From the human T2T-CHM13v2.0 reference genome, Homo sapiens: a stretch of 64,000 nucleotides of DNA. The stretch lies in NCBI RefSeq assembly GCF_009914755.1, contig NC_060944.1; one strand, written 5' to 3'. A model generated the notes under the pieces. The model saw only the letters and a list, made by a program, of their open reading frames with translations. It was not told the origin of the DNA and ran no database searches. This document shows positions 48,860-64,000 of the stretch, one piece after another (within the stretch, counting starts at the first letter, position 1; every line of letters starts with the position of its first letter). The position numbers and the translations under genes were made by a program.

Positions 48860-49744
48860 AACGTTCAGAGTTGGCTAAATGATTTGAAAAAAATATTACA
48901 TTCTCCAGATTACACCAAACTCAGAATAAATTACAAATGGATTAAGTAATTAAATGCAAAAAGAAAAACATAAAACATCTAAGAAGAAATACAGGACTGT
49001 ATCCCATGATCTGAAGGATGAAAAGACTATTTTGAGGGTGACATAAAATCATACAAGAAAAGGTTGACTGATTGCATTTTTTAAAATTGAGAGTTTTCGA
49101 ATTGCAAAAGACATCGTAAACAAGATTGAAAGGCAAATGTAAAATGGCGGGGGGTGGGAATCTTCAGTCTATATGATAAAAGGTTAATATCCTTAAAATG
49201 TGAAGTGTGCTTATCAACCAACCAAAAAGTCAAATAACTCAACAGAAAATATGAACAAAAGATTTGAACAGGTAATTTATGGAAAGCACTCAACCAAAGC
49301 AAATAAACAAGAAAAACAATGCAAACAAAACTCATGGATTCAAAATTTCAAGTTAAACTGATACACCTTTTTTTCACATTTGAAGTTAGCAAAGCTTAAA
49401 TATTCACTATCATCAAGAGTTTAAGGAGTGGAAAACTTTTACAGGATTAGGGAGAATGGATATTGTTACAGCCCTCTATTGGGAAATGTGACAATATTTA
49501 TTAAAACTTCAAATGCACATTCCTGCTGATCCATTCATTTCACTCTTCAAAATTTATCTTACTGAAATACATATATCACATGCACGTTTATCACAACATT
49601 GTTTGAAAAAAAGCAAAATATTTGAAATATCCTAAATGCCCTACAATGGTACTGAGTAAATTATACTATATCTAGGTAATAGAATACAATACACTCAATA
49701 AAAGGAGTGAAGTAAACCTATATGAGCTATTGTAGAAAGATCAT
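48860..49744 (+). mobile_element. Old L1M fragment (continues ~50860-51100)
   Basis: 'aataaattacaaatggattaa', 'gatttgaacaggtaattt', 'tatcctaaatgccc'. Confidence 0.75.
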
Positions 49745-49908
49745 TGTGATGGTTGATTTGGGATGTCAACTTGACTGGATTAAGGGATACTCAGATCGCT
49801 GGTAAAACATTAATTATTCTCAGTGTTTCAGTAGGCACAAAACCCATCCCATTTCTGCTAAAAGGGAAGCCAAGGTGGTTTGGCATTTGATTAGAATAAT
49901 TGGGCTGT

Positions 49909-50490
<582 letters not shown>

Positions 50491-50639
50491 TCAGATTGAC
50501 AGATTGATAGTTACACCCTCGGCTTCTTTGGTTCTGAGGCCTTCAGACGTGGACCAATCCCTGGGTCTCCAGCTTGCTCTCAGCCTCCATAATTGAGTGA
50601 GTGAATTCCCCTAACAAATCCCCTCTCCTCTCCCTCTCT

Positions 50640-50662
50640 TTCTATATATATGTGAGTGTGTA

Positions 50663-50698
<36 letters not shown>

Positions 50699-50830
50699 CA
50701 TATGCATGTGTGTGTACATATGTGCATGTGTGTTTGTCTCTATATAATTACATATATAAGTAATATGTAATTATATATGATATTTAATTATGTAATATAT
50801 ATATATATATTTATGTTATATATATATTTG
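50640..50830. repeat. (TA)n/(TG)n compound microsatellite
   Basis: Lies at the usual microsatellite position near the MLT2 3' end. Confidence 0.9.
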
Positions 50831-52289
50831 GTTCTTTTTGGATAGCCCAGACTAAAACAATATTCAAAAGAAAAAAATGTAGAACAAAATACATAGATAT
50901 TATGATCCCTTTTAAGAATACATGTTTATGTGTGCCTGTGTATTTATACGTAGGGAAACAGACCTAGAGGCACAGACGGCAACAGTGCATGCATCAGGGA
51001 AAGGGAGGGACAATGGAATACTCACTCTTCAAACATCACCCTACTGTTTACATTTGTACAATGAGTGCCTGTTACTTCTGAAATCTTAAGAATATTCCCA
51101 TAATTAAAAAGTTGGCAGACGTGATTTAAAATAGAACAGTTTTGCAAATGGAAAGCACCCTTTCCACCCCAACCCTGCCATGCCCCACCACCCTATCTGA
51201 TCAGTGAGAGCGGCCTGCCCTAAGCATGCTGGGAATCTGAGATACCGCTCCCATGCACACGTGACATGCATTTATTTGTAATTAAACTTATTTATGTTTT
51301 GAGGTTTTCAAGGCCCCATGACATATTCTGAAGCAAAGCTAGAGGAGGCACTGCCTTTTATGTAATCAATGCTTCATATTTTGTGTTTTATAAGCTCTAT
51401 CTTTCCCATTGTCAGAAAGATCCTATTAAGGATGATGCTGCTGCTGCTGCCTATTTTACTGAAGAACTTTAGGCACCTGCTTAGAGCCAGGATTGGAACC
51501 CAGGTCTGTTGTACAATAAAGCTCACGTCCATTTCAACCCAAGCCCTGAAGATGACTGGAGACACTCCATGCCAACTGACCAAACCAGATTCAAAGATAC
51601 TACACAGAAACTGCTTACCCAGGGTACTATTAAAATCAAGAATATCCAAGATGGATATATTAAATTATCATGTGTATCCTCCCTAAAAAATCAACAATTA
51701 AATAAAGAAATTAAGAATACAGAGTTAATACCTACTCAAAGGAGATGATGGTGAGACCTGATAAGGTAAGCTGACAGAGAAAATGCTCCTCTCATACAAA
51801 CCCCATCTTTGCAAAGTCCTGATTTGAGAGACTACAGAGAGAGGCCCTACAGAAGGCATTTCCTAAACACATGTTACCTCAATTTGTTGAGGAACTGCAA
51901 CTGTAATAGCTGAGCCTGTCGCTATAAAAAGTTCTGGTCTTTTCCCTCAGGTTAGGACCACCTCTCAAAGGCAAGAACCTGATAATTTTTGCCCAGAGTC
52001 CACACTGGAGCCCACCCACCTTGGAAACCAACAGTGGACGTGAACTCAGTTGGATGGGGTAGGTCATACTTCCAGACAAGCAGAGGACCAGGGACAGGTG
52101 GGCAAGTTCCCTGGTCTGTTCTGCCTGGGCCCCAGATGTGAGATGGCTGAATGGGGGCTGGGCTGGGGTGTCTCAGGGGCCCTAGTTAATCTTGGCCAGA
52201 GTCCTTTCCAACCTAGCCCTAACAGAAGAGATACAGACAGTTAAGGTATTCAGATCACTGAAGCATTGTTACTAGGTGTAAATATTAAC

Positions 52290-52785
52290 ACCTGCACTCA
52301 ACTGTAACAGAAACCAAATTAAATTAACCTGACCTGAATGAATTAGGGTTTTATTTTTCTCACATAATGGGAGATACAGGAAAAAAAAAAAAAAGGCTAC
52401 AGGCATTGAGTCAAGGGTGTATGGTTGTCAGGCTGAGAACTCTGCAATTCTCTATCCACATAGTGTCCCTGTTGTCACAGATGACTCTCCACCTTTAGCA
52501 TGGTATCCCTGTTCCAGCCAGGACAGAAGAGCAGGGAAAAGGACAAAAGAGGTATGAGCTACTGAGTTGGCTTCCCTTTTAAGGATCTTTCTTGGAAGCC
52601 CCACCCACAGCTTTCTCTTCCACCTCACTGGCCAGAACTCCATCGTGTGGTCACTCATTCTGCAAAGAAGGCTGGGAAATGCAGCTTTGAAGCTAGACAC
52701 ATTTTCCAAAATAGTCAGAATTTTCTAGTGAGGGTATGCGAAGAATGCATATTGGGTAAGCAACTAGCAGAGTCTGTCTGACCAG
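52290..52785 (-). mobile_element. Old MLT1 (K/J-like) LTR
   Basis: 'ctcactggccagaact...tgcaaagaaggctgggaaatgcag...atattgggtaagcaactagcag'. Confidence 0.7.
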
Positions 52786-54629
52786 ATAATCAATGGGGAT
52801 AAACTTGGTGAATTCTTCAGTGCACTGATGGTGGAATGGGTGGCACATAAGATTAGAACGCCCTGGATTGCTGGCAATGGGCCCAATTGTTGCACTAGAG
52901 GAGACTCTCAAAAGTCCACCAACACAAGGAAGGCAAATTATCCTTGCACCATAGACACCTGTGGCTTTTCCAGTCTCATCTTTGCCCTCCAGAGAGCTAG
53001 ATACTGAGTAGAAACTAATAACATTAAGTATTAATAGGCCTTACATGATTCTATTTCCTTTTTAACTGAGGTCCAAAGATCATCTAAGGTGATGGTACAC
53101 CAGTAACCTAAGAAGTAAAAGAGTAGGTCAAATTGCTTATCCTATGTCTGGAGAGGGGGCTGATTCCAAGAGCTGAGCATGCTGGGAAGAGGAGAGTCTC
53201 TCCCAGAACAGGCAGAGAGGACCTGCATTATGGCAGGGGAGGAGTTATCTGATCCCATCAGGAGGCGGAGTGAAAGCTAGAAGCAAAAATAGAATATGTG
53301 GCCAAATGAGGAGGATGTAACAGCTGGGTAAAAAAGCATAAGAACACACAAGGCTGTGTGGGAGGGTGAGATGCCAGGCAGCCTTCAGCAGCTGCAGACT
53401 TTGTCTTCCACCTTGCTAGAGCCTGATATTGAAGAGTTGGCAACATGGTTACTCCAGACCTGCAGGGATTTAAAGGGATATTTAAAGGGATGTAATTGTA
53501 ACTCCCAGATGCCTGAGGACACTAAGAGTGCCCAGCCAAGGCAAAATGGTTCCAGGGGCAAAGGCCCTCATAGCAAGGGCAGGTCCCTCCAGCCTACCAG
53601 CCTATCTCTTCTGAAAGAAGGAGAAAAGATATATACATTGATCTTGATGTTAAGAGCTTCTTTATCCTAAGAAATATGAAGGACCAGAAGTATGAATCTG
53701 TGCTTGATGATTATAGAGATGTGTGTAACATCGAGTCTGCAGGACCAGACCCAGCCATAACAGAAAATGGCCCTACACCTCTGAAGTGAGCCCACTCCCC
53801 AAACAAGGTAGATTGCTCAGCCTCTGTGACTTGAAAAACTTTGACCTATTTTGCATAATGACTGTGTGTGACCTGAAGCATCCTCCTCAACATTTGTCAA
53901 CTGCATGCTCATGCTGTTCTGGCACTGGCTGTGTGCAGGTCATAAGTGTCAGCTTCATATGAGGGTAAACCAAGTGCTCATCCCCTCTGACAGGCACAAC
54001 AAAAGATGCTCCCCTCTGAGGCCAAATAGGTGGCCCATGCTGCCAAGATTTCCTGCTCACACAAGCCTGCAGAAAGTCCATGTTAATTTCCAATCATGTT
54101 GCTTCCCTTCCTGAGTGGAACTGAGACAGGTGGGACCTGAGGCCGGCTGGTTACTTGGCATCTCCTCACACTAATGTTCCTTAAATATCTGTTCAATGTT
54201 TAGAGAAGAGGCAGAGAGCTGCCTGAGCAAGGGCCTAGAAGCCACGGCTGCTTCTCCTCTCATCTCCAGCACAGTTCAGCTCTGGCCCAATTCTGCATCT
54301 CTCCCTCAACGAAGCCCTGTAGCTGCCCTAACCTCTCCCCATAAAAGGTAGCTTTAGAGGCTATGTCTTGTTATTGGAGATCACCCCTTGGCCTCACCCT
54401 TTACCCCAGATGTCTCATCAAAGTGCCTCTGGCCCCCACACTGAGGTTCCCCCGAGACAAACATCCTGGTAAATATAGCTTTGTGTGCTTTCATTATTTA
54501 TTCCCAGGGATGCCTAATGCCCCTGAATTGCCTGGCATCTTGGCTCTGCTGCCTGTCAGTGGATGTGTCTCTGAGGACAGCAGGCTCCCCACAGTCTTTG
54601 CAGCAGCCCAACACGGGGAGCTGGGGAAT

Positions 54630-54880
54630 GAGCACAGTGAGTATGAGCACCGTATCCAAGGCACAGTGCCTGGGTGCAAAACAAACCCCTGCTCCACCAC
54701 AGACTGGCTCTGAGAATATGGGCAAGCTACTCAACCTCTCTGAGGGTGGCTTCCTCTGCATAATGGAGCAATACTAGTGCCCACCTTATAGGGTTGTTGT
54801 GAGGAGTAAATGAGTGCATGGATATTGTTCATCACAGTAGTTGACACAAAACCAAGGCAGAATTAGAATTTAATATTAGT
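54630..54880 (+). mobile_element. MIR SINE
   Basis: 'gggcaagctactcaacctctctgag...atagggttgttgtgaggagtaaatgag'. Confidence 0.85.
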
Positions 54881-54924
54881 ATCAGTGTTACTACTAATGC
54901 AAGAGGGGGTAAAAAAAAATGGCT

Positions 54925-55175
54925 CCAAGGCTGGTAGATCATGAGGTCAGGAGTTAGAGACCAGCCTGGCCAGCATGGTGAAACCCTGTCTCTACTAAAA
55001 ATACAAAAAATTAGCCAGGCATGGTGGCACGCTCCTATAATCCCAACTACTCTGGAAACTGAGGCAGGAGAATTGCTTGAACCTGGGAGGTGGAGGTTGC
55101 AGTGGGCCAAGATCACACCACTTTACTCCAGCCTGGGCAACACAGCAAGACTCCATCTCAAAAAAAAAAAAAAAA
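54925..55175 (+). mobile_element. AluS, 5'-truncated
   Basis: Begins 'ccaaggctggtagatcatgaggtcagg'; A tail. Confidence 0.93.
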
Positions 55176-55419
55176 GCCTCACAAACATTCCCATGTGAAT
55201 TGAATATGCAACTTAAAATGCTTACATGAAATGGTATTAATAAAAGTATTGACTTGAGTAGAAATGCTGGCTTGGCCACTATTCCATTGGGCCTGCCCAA
55301 TGTCCAGTGTTAGATCCCAAGAGCTGGCAATGAGACTCTTCCAAGATCATCCCCAATGCCATTTCTCAGGCCAACACATGCTAGGCTCATCACAACCTCA
55401 CAGCTGCCAATGGCTCCAG

Positions 55420-55790
55420 CTTCCATGCCCAGCCCACCCCTGGGAGAACCAACTCTGTAGCCTCACTGGGCTGCTTTGGGTACCCAAAATGTACCATAGA
55501 CTTCCTGGTCTCTTGACCATGCTGTTCCCTGGCTCTTCTTTGCCATCCTGAAAATTTTAAACATCTCAAAAGATCATTCATACACTACCATCTTTCCAAC
55601 ACCTTCCTTGACTGACAGAAACACAGCCATGGCCTTTCTGTGGTCCCAGAAGCTTTGTTGGTGTCTGTATCCACTTACAGGATAACCTGTTCTCCCAATA
55701 GACAATGAGCCTCCTGTGGAATATATCTTTAGCTCACCATGCCTGATACTAACTAGATACCTTACAAATGTTTAATGATTAAAAGAAGTA
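55420..55790 (+). mobile_element. L2 LINE 3' end
   Basis: 'ccatgctgttccctgg', 'tagacaatgagcctcc', 'atgcctgatactaactagatacc'. Confidence 0.55.
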
Positions 55791-56633
55791 TTAGAGATAA
55801 GTTTTACTTGGCTTGTGCACAGCTGTGTATGCACAAACACATACACACAAGGTCTCCTAATGACTATGTGAAGGCAATTTCAATGTGGAAAATACAACAG
55901 TATCACAAAAGTTCAGTAAGTCAGGGAAACCAACTTCCAGAACGCAGTCCATCCTTTTACACTGATGGTAAAAGCATTAGCAGCACTTTGGCTTGTGTGG
56001 TACTTAACAGTTTACAAAGCACTTATAAATGGAAGGACCCTGAGGGTTGGAGTTGGAGGACACGTTCTCAACATCTAGCCTAATTTCCTGGGTAAAGCAG
56101 GAATCTCCTGGAAAAAATCATCACTCAGGGTTCTGTAGCCTCTTGCCAATGCATCCTGTGCCCCAGAGTTTCCTACCTTTCAGAATAATTCACAGTATTT
56201 TTAGAGATCTCTAATCATTCAAAGGTTCCTGTCTTAGGTTGAGTTAAACTTTGCTTCCCAGGACTTGTCACCTATTAGTCCTGGAATATCTCTCAGGAAC
56301 ACACACAAAAAATTTTCTTCTGGCAGAATTCAAATTCTATTGGTAACTGTCATGTCCACCCTAATCTTCTGTGAGGTGATCCATCCCCAGAGCTTCAGTA
56401 TTTCATCCTTTGACTTGGATCTCAGACTTGTCACCTCTCTGGCACCCTTGCTTAGGAAGATGCTACACCATCCTTCTAGGAAGGATGCCAACAGGTGGAA
56501 TAATGCACACAGCAGGTGTCTGACTGGAAGAGGAGGCATCATTCACTTGGATGTTTAGGTCTTTAGTGCAGTTATGTCCTGCCTAACTGTTCTGGGATGA
56601 ATTGTGGCCCCCCCTCCAAAATTCATATGCTAA

Positions 56634-57725
<1,092 letters not shown>

Positions 57726-57765
57726 AGAGAAGGTCTTTAAAGAGCTGATTAAATTAGACAGTTAC

Positions 57766-58059
<294 letters not shown>

Positions 58060-58794
58060 TTAGACAGGGTGGGCTTTAATTCAATCTGACTGGTGTCCTT
58101 ATGAGAAGAAGAAATTTGGACAGAGAGAGAGACAGCAGGGACGTGTGGCACAGAAGAAAGACCACGTGAGGACACAGAAGTTGGCCATCTGCAAGCCAAG
58201 GAGAGAGGCCTCAGGAGAAAACAAACCTGCCAGCACCTCAATCTTCAACTTCTCTAGCCCCCAGAACTGTGAGAAAATACATTTCTGTTGTTTAGGACAC
58301 TCAGGGTATGGTAATTTGTTATGGCAGCCCCTCATAAATGAATACACTACCTACATGTGTAACTCACTTCTATTACCTACACAGCACCGACAGCATTGAA
58401 GTTGCCAATTTCTGGTCAAGAGATGAGTGACAAGATACCTTCTGGAATAAATCTCAGAGCCAGTTCTGCTCCCTTTCTGAGCTTCCAAAGAATGACATGC
58501 AGCCCCATCAGCATTTCCATCCCAGCACTGCCCGTCACCCTAAGAAACACTTATTTCTCTGTTGAAGCGAAAGACCCTTCCCTGATACAGGCCAGAATTT
58601 TCCGAAGTAAGGTCTTTGTTTTTAATGAAACATAAAAGGACAGGAAGAATATCAAATCATAAGGCAGACGAGTCACTGCTAAGTCCTTTAAATTATCATA
58701 CTTGTTCTTATACCACCCATTTAGCCTAATGGAGAACAGAGGGCATGCCCTATTGTCTCCTGCATGGACTCAGTTACGAGCTGCTCTCCAACAT

Positions 58795-58858
58795 ATGGAG
58801 AGAGGCCCTTCCAGATACTGCAAGACATGGAGAGAGGCTCTTCCAGATACTGCAAGAC
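58795..58858. repeat. Tandem duplication, 2 x 32 bp
   Basis: atggagagaggc[c/t]cttccagatactgcaagac; 31/32 identical. Confidence 0.95.
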
Positions 58859-60219
58859 ACAAGCACACCTACTTGGAGTGTCCCTTTTGTCCTTGCTTTG
58901 CCCTTTGAACTTGATGCATAGCAATATTTTCCTAGTAACAAACTTGGTTCCCCTCCCACCTCCCAACTTCCCTGAAGTGTCACAGGTAAAATACTCTCTC
59001 TTCCTCGACCTAGTTCTAGAAGCCTCCAATATCCTGCACTATCCTTACCCCTGGTTTATCCTCATCTTAGGGAACTGAATGCTACTACAAAGTAGATCCC
59101 CTTTTAAAATGACATAAGCACTTTGGTCTTCTCCCCAGGGTTCTGCTATTTCAGGGAGACAAGCAGAGGTCACAAAGCATCTCTAGAAGTAAAATGCCAT
59201 CCAGGGGTTCTGGGCCACCAACAGAGCTGCTAAGTGCTACTTCCTTTGTCCTGGGCATCCGATAGCCTAAGGCAAGGTACAGATCCCTAGGGGCTGAAGA
59301 CAGAGTGAATCAAATCTGATCCAAACGCCTAGGAGCAGCAAGAGCTAAGTTGAGAAAACCTCCAGTAAATGCCAAATCTGAGACCAAGAGGAGAACTGAA
59401 ATCAGGGCCACGGCTAGAGGGAATAAGTGAAATGGAACAACAGGGAGGCAGCGATGGAATGGGACAGTCTACAGACACGGGTCAGGAAGAAACAGAGTCA
59501 GGCTTCTCAGAGTCAATTCTTTATGCATCACCCCTTGGAGTCCATCACCCAGAAAGAAGGCTGTGCATCTTCAAGTCAGGGCAGGAAAAGAGGAGAGTGG
59601 GCAGTCATCCATCTACCTCCTCTCAGCTGCCTGCCCAGAGGTACAAGCTTTGAATTTCCTCTCCTAACCATGAGATCTATCTTGTCACTAGGATTTTCTG
59701 TTCTTTCCACAATTTATTCCACCTTGTGAATGATTGGAACAAATCTTTAAAAGGGCATTTTTCAAAGCCATGATGGTACAGTAGTCACACTGTCTGGCCC
59801 TGACAGCTCTGAACAAGTCACAAGCCCCCAAATTACACGGAACAGCTGTCCATCAAGTATTGCCATAGTCTACTGGCTGCTTGTGAGATACAGTTAAGTC
59901 ATGCACACAGGCCACCCACCAACAAGCAATTGTGATTGGAAGTGCTTCGGCTTTCATCACCAACTTCGGCAGCAGAGAATATGGCATCACGCCACAAATG
60001 GCAGCTTCCAGAAACAAATCAGATGTATCACGTAGCACTTCATTCTCCTACCTTCAATGGCCATGCATCCTGCAAACTGGCTCCAAAAGACTCCAGGGCA
60101 GTTAGATCGGGGTATCACTTGTATATGGCCGTACAGTCTACGGTAATTTGTATTATTGTTCAAAATACTACTGACCAAGTTTTCTATCTGCCCCTGCCAT
60201 TGATATTAGTCTTAGCCAT

Positions 60220-60655
60220 GTAATTTGGAGTGTTTCTCCTTGGAGGAAGATTATATATCCCAGACCCTGTGGTCAAAGGCTTGGCCTTATGATTTCTGGC
60301 ATCCTTCCTAATGGAAGAACATATACCCTCACTTTGCTGAGCTTAAGAGTGGCTACGTAATTTGCTTTGGTCCATTAAATGCAGACAGTCATGTGTCATT
60401 TCCAGTTTAAAATCCAGCTCATAGTTTTCTGTCAGTTTTTGCTCTGTTCCACAGACCACCTATTTCCGAGATAGAGGCTGTTGTATCAGCCTAAGTACCA
60501 GATTAGAGGCCATGTAAGGTATGGCCACAGCCAACCTGATATGCAGCATAGATGAAAAATGAACTTTTGTGGTTGTAGTTTACTGAATGGGGAACATTTA
60601 TTTTCAGAGGTTATTTATTATTGAAGCATAATCTAGCCTATCCTAACTAAAATAT
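60220..60655 (+). mobile_element. MLT1J-like LTR
   Basis: 'tttgctttggtcca...tgtgtcatttcc', 'gatagaggctgttgtatcagcct', end 'gcataatctagcctatcctaactaaaata'. Confidence 0.7.
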
Positions 60656-60714
60656 CTTCTTCCTTTTTCTCTTTTATTCTTCCACTAATTAAGCACCTAC
60701 TAAAAATTGAGAAT

Positions 60715-61420
60715 GCTTTATAAATTGAGCACCTACTACGTGACAGGTACTGGATTGGGCAGGGAATGCAAATAAAAGACATACCTAATGGGAAGACCCA
60801 GATGTTGCACAAATACATTTTGATACATTGTGGCAAGTTTTACAACAAGATGCATCAGCAGCTTGAAGGAAGCCGTTGCTCTGTCTTCTCTATCAGGAGT
60901 TGTGGAGGGCTTCATAGAAATACCCGTCATATATGATGCTCCAAAAATAAATAAGGTTGATTGAATGACTTTGATATTGGAGCTAACTTTAAGAAAAAGA
61001 TCAGGGGTTTGGTTGGCAAGGAAGAAAGAAAATGGCATTCCAGTAGCCCAAAAGGGGGAAAGGGCATTTCAGAACAAAAAAAAAAAAAATGGCATAAGCC
61101 ATGTTGTGAATATACCTCTGTTGTTCAGTGAGGATGGAACTTAGGATGGACAGATGAAGAGTTAGATAAAATGATTTCAGATAATTCCACTGGAATCAGG
61201 TTGAGAATACCGAAAGGCCATTCCAAGGAGGTTTGACTTAGCCTTGGGGGTTATGGAGGAACAAATGGAGACATCTAAAGCAGGGGAATGAGGTGGTCTT
61301 CCTGCCACAGGAGGTGGTGTGGAGCAAGGGATGTGGCTGGGTTTGGGAATCACAAAAAATGGAGTTCACTCTGGGTAACATGAGATTACAACATTTAGAA
61401 CAGCAAATCTCCAGTGGAGA
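60715..61420 (-). mobile_element. L2 LINE 3' end
   Basis: 'ttgagcacctactacgtgacaggtactg', 'gagggcttcatagaa'. Confidence 0.65.
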
Positions 61421-61439
61421 AAGGGAAAAGCACAAACCC

Positions 61440-61900
61440 ACCTTAGATCAGCTTCCCTAAGAAACAGACTCTGAAAAGGAGATGAGATGCAAGAAGGAGG
61501 TTTACTGAGGAGAGCTCCTGAGACCATCACCTGGAAAGGAGTGAAGGATGCAGGATGGAGCAGAGGAAGAAGTCCAGCTGTGATGCAGTTGCAACATAGT
61601 CCATGGCTGATCACCCAGGGAGCTCTAAACTTTGGATGGCCCATCAGAGTTGTCTTGAACTGAGGCAAGAGTATCAGACCCTCATACTCTCACATCAACC
61701 AGGCTTTGGATATGGGTTACCCCCAGGAAAGAGGTGTAATCTTGGGCAAGGGACCTCCTTTCCACAGAAGGACGTTACCAGGACAAGATTCTGCTAAGCT
61801 GTCGGTGGCAGTACACACTCTTAGCAGCTGGGGCAGTGAGTGCCTGGGTGCTGAACAGGGAATCAGAATCTTAGAGGCAGCTGTTGGCATCCACTACACA
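61440..61900 (-). mobile_element. LTR16 (C-like) LTR
   Basis: 'ttccctaagaaacagactctga...aggtttactgagg...ggatggcccatcagagttgtc'. Confidence 0.7.
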
Positions 61901-61917
61901 CCCTCACACGGAACAAC

Positions 61918-62118
61918 AACTTGCCTTCCACCAAGTGAAGACACAGCAACAAGGCAACATCTTTGAGGCAGAGAGCAAGCCCTCACCAGATACTGAATCT
62001 GCTGGAACCTTGATCTTGGATTTCCCAGCCTCCAGAACTGTAAGCAATACAATTGCATTGCTTAAAAATTACCCAGTCTAAGGTATTTCGTTATAGAATG
62101 CTGAAGGGACTAAGACAC
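61918..62118 (+). mobile_element. MST-family MaLR LTR, 3' half
   Basis: 'gccctcaccagatactgaatctgctggaaccttgatcttggatttcccagcctccagaactgtaag...gactaagaca'. Confidence 0.8.
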
Positions 62119-62139
62119 TGGCACAACACTTTCCAGTAC

Positions 62140-62260
62140 GTTCTATTTTTACAGACAAGAACATGGAGGTTCAGTGAGGTTACATTATCTGCCCAAGTGA
62201 CCATGGAATCAGACTGAAATTTAACTTTAGCAGTGTCTGACTCAGAGCCTACATTCTCCC
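62140..62260 (-). mobile_element. MIR fragment
   Basis: 'attttacagacaagaacatggaggttcagtgaggtta'. Confidence 0.7.
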
Positions 62261-62789
62261 CATACATTTTGGTATTTATCTTCAAAAGGTATGAATATCT
62301 CTATACAGGGGCCACACCACAGGGAAGACCAACCAAAAGGACAATATAAGGGACTGTCTCTGAAGAGGAAGACCTCCAATGCCCTTTCATGGGTTCTCAA
62401 AAACACCTGGGGTCTGAGTCTGATCAGTACTTTGAAATCCTGCTGCTCAGGGGTTTCTGCATTAGGTAACTGTACTCCCCAACCACAAAGCCTCTCCATG
62501 ACCTTCTTCCCTGCCCCAGTCAAGGCAGAACTTGGCTTGGAAGGGAGCTCAGTGAAGACTGGGCAATAGGTGACCTGAGATTTGGGGCAGAACGGCCAGA
62601 AATCATCACAGGCACCACGCATGACTACGAGTACCAGGCACTATCACCCATACCACCCCATTATCACTCCCATTTTACACTTAAGAAAACTAAAGCACAG
62701 AAACCTGAGTCCCTTGTCTGAGGCACATAACATGTATGCAGCTGATCCAGAATTTTGTTCTTTCTTCCTGGACCTGCATCAATACAGAG

Positions 62790-62945
62790 TGAAACAAAAT
62801 TTAAACATCAGTTCCTCAGGTGCACTGTCTACATTTCAAGTGCTCAGTGGTCACATGTGGCCAGTGGCTATAGTGGGTAACATATTGAGTAGGTCAGGTC
62901 TAAGAATATTTCCACCATTGCACAAAATTCTATTGAATAGTGCTG
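62790..62945 (-). mobile_element. MER3 fragment
   Basis: 'cagttcctcaggtgcactgtctacatttcaagtgctcagtggtcacatgtggccagtggcta'. Confidence 0.8.
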
Positions 62946-64000
62946 ATAAGGGCTGCTTTGAGGTCCTGGGGGAGCAAAAGAGCCTCGGTGATTATCTAAA
63001 TTTTCTCTATGCCCCTCACCCACTGTCCCAAATCTTTTCATTAAAAAAAAAAAAAAAAAAACAGTGGCAAATAAACCTAATTAATCTGAGGGGGAAATAT
63101 ATATAATTAATCCAGAAGGGAGAAGGGAAACCATTTTTGTACCTGTTTATGTTCACTTGATAAACAGAGGAAAGCTAATGCCTCTGTAGTTCCAGAAGAG
63201 TCCACAGGGGAATTGGAATCTCTTATCTTAGCCCCCCGCAGAGCGTCAGGCCTGAGATCAAAGCAGATCTGTGCATGTCATTACTGCATATCCTCCCCTT
63301 CCCTCCTACATTTTCAAGTCTTCTTGGTTCAGAAGAATGGCCTACATTAGCCTGCCCGTAAAAAGTGAAGCCTTTATTTCACAACAATACTAATAAGTAA
63401 AAGCAAAATAGCAGCAGCTAGATGTCCAGCTCCCTTTCCAGACACCTCCCAGATATAAACGCATGATGTGCGATACAGAATTGCAGAGGTCTTGGCGGTT
63501 CTCTGGTCCAAATTTCCATCTATAAAATTTATGCCAAGCCATTGTGTCCTTAAACTTGAATTAATTTGAATGTCTCTAGCAGTGTGTGTGTCTGTGTGGT
63601 GTGTGCGGTACCTGAGACCTCCCAAAGAAGACAACTCTATTTTGATACCTACAAATGTCACAATAGAGGACTTTTTTGGATACATCTTTTACGTTGTATC
63701 CAAATTTGCCTTTTTGTGGCCACTGCCCATTTCTCTTGGATCCCTCTTTGGGGACCTAAAGAACAAGTCCAGGGCCACATGTCAGTAGATGTGAAGACAA
63801 GACTTAGGACCCCTTGAGCCTTCCTCTCTGGGTCTCTCTCCTGATGGTCTCAAGGTGTGGCTTCAATACCTCTCTCCCTGGCAGCTTCCTCCCTTCGTGT
63901 GTTCAGTTGCACCTGCCCACCTCCTGTTGAGAGATGGACAGCCCCACTTGAGTCCCAGCCTGTAGGGGAATGGAAACAACCCTCTCCACCACCAGGACCC

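Overview
This is primate, very probably human, non-coding genomic DNA. It contains AluJ, AluS and AluY copies plus MER41, THE1 and MLT2A LTRs, and has no CpG island. About half of the window is recognisable interspersed repeat: 12 Alus, many MIR and L2 relics, old L1M fragments, ERV1/ERVL/MaLR solo LTRs and hAT/Tigger MITEs, often nested. No supplied ORF looks like a real protein; the long ones come from a TA/TG microsatellite, Alus or pyrimidine tracts. No RNA gene or CRISPR array is present. Two repeat-free blocks near the left end have minus-strand splice signals and may be non-coding or 5'-UTR exons of a gene I cannot name. Several other repeat-free, motif-dense blocks look like enhancers. 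I found no convincing new biological system. The most notable structures are local rearrangements: (1) an inverted copy of nearby L1 sequence inserted into a MER5A1; (2) a near-perfect 3x70-bp triplication inside a MER44A; (3) a ~440-bp microsatellite that grew inside an AluY target-site duplication (TSD); (4) an MLT2A LTR missing its 5' TGATTGGATTG segment. Repeat subfamily names come from recalled consensus sequences. Boundaries of old repeats are approximate (tens of bp).
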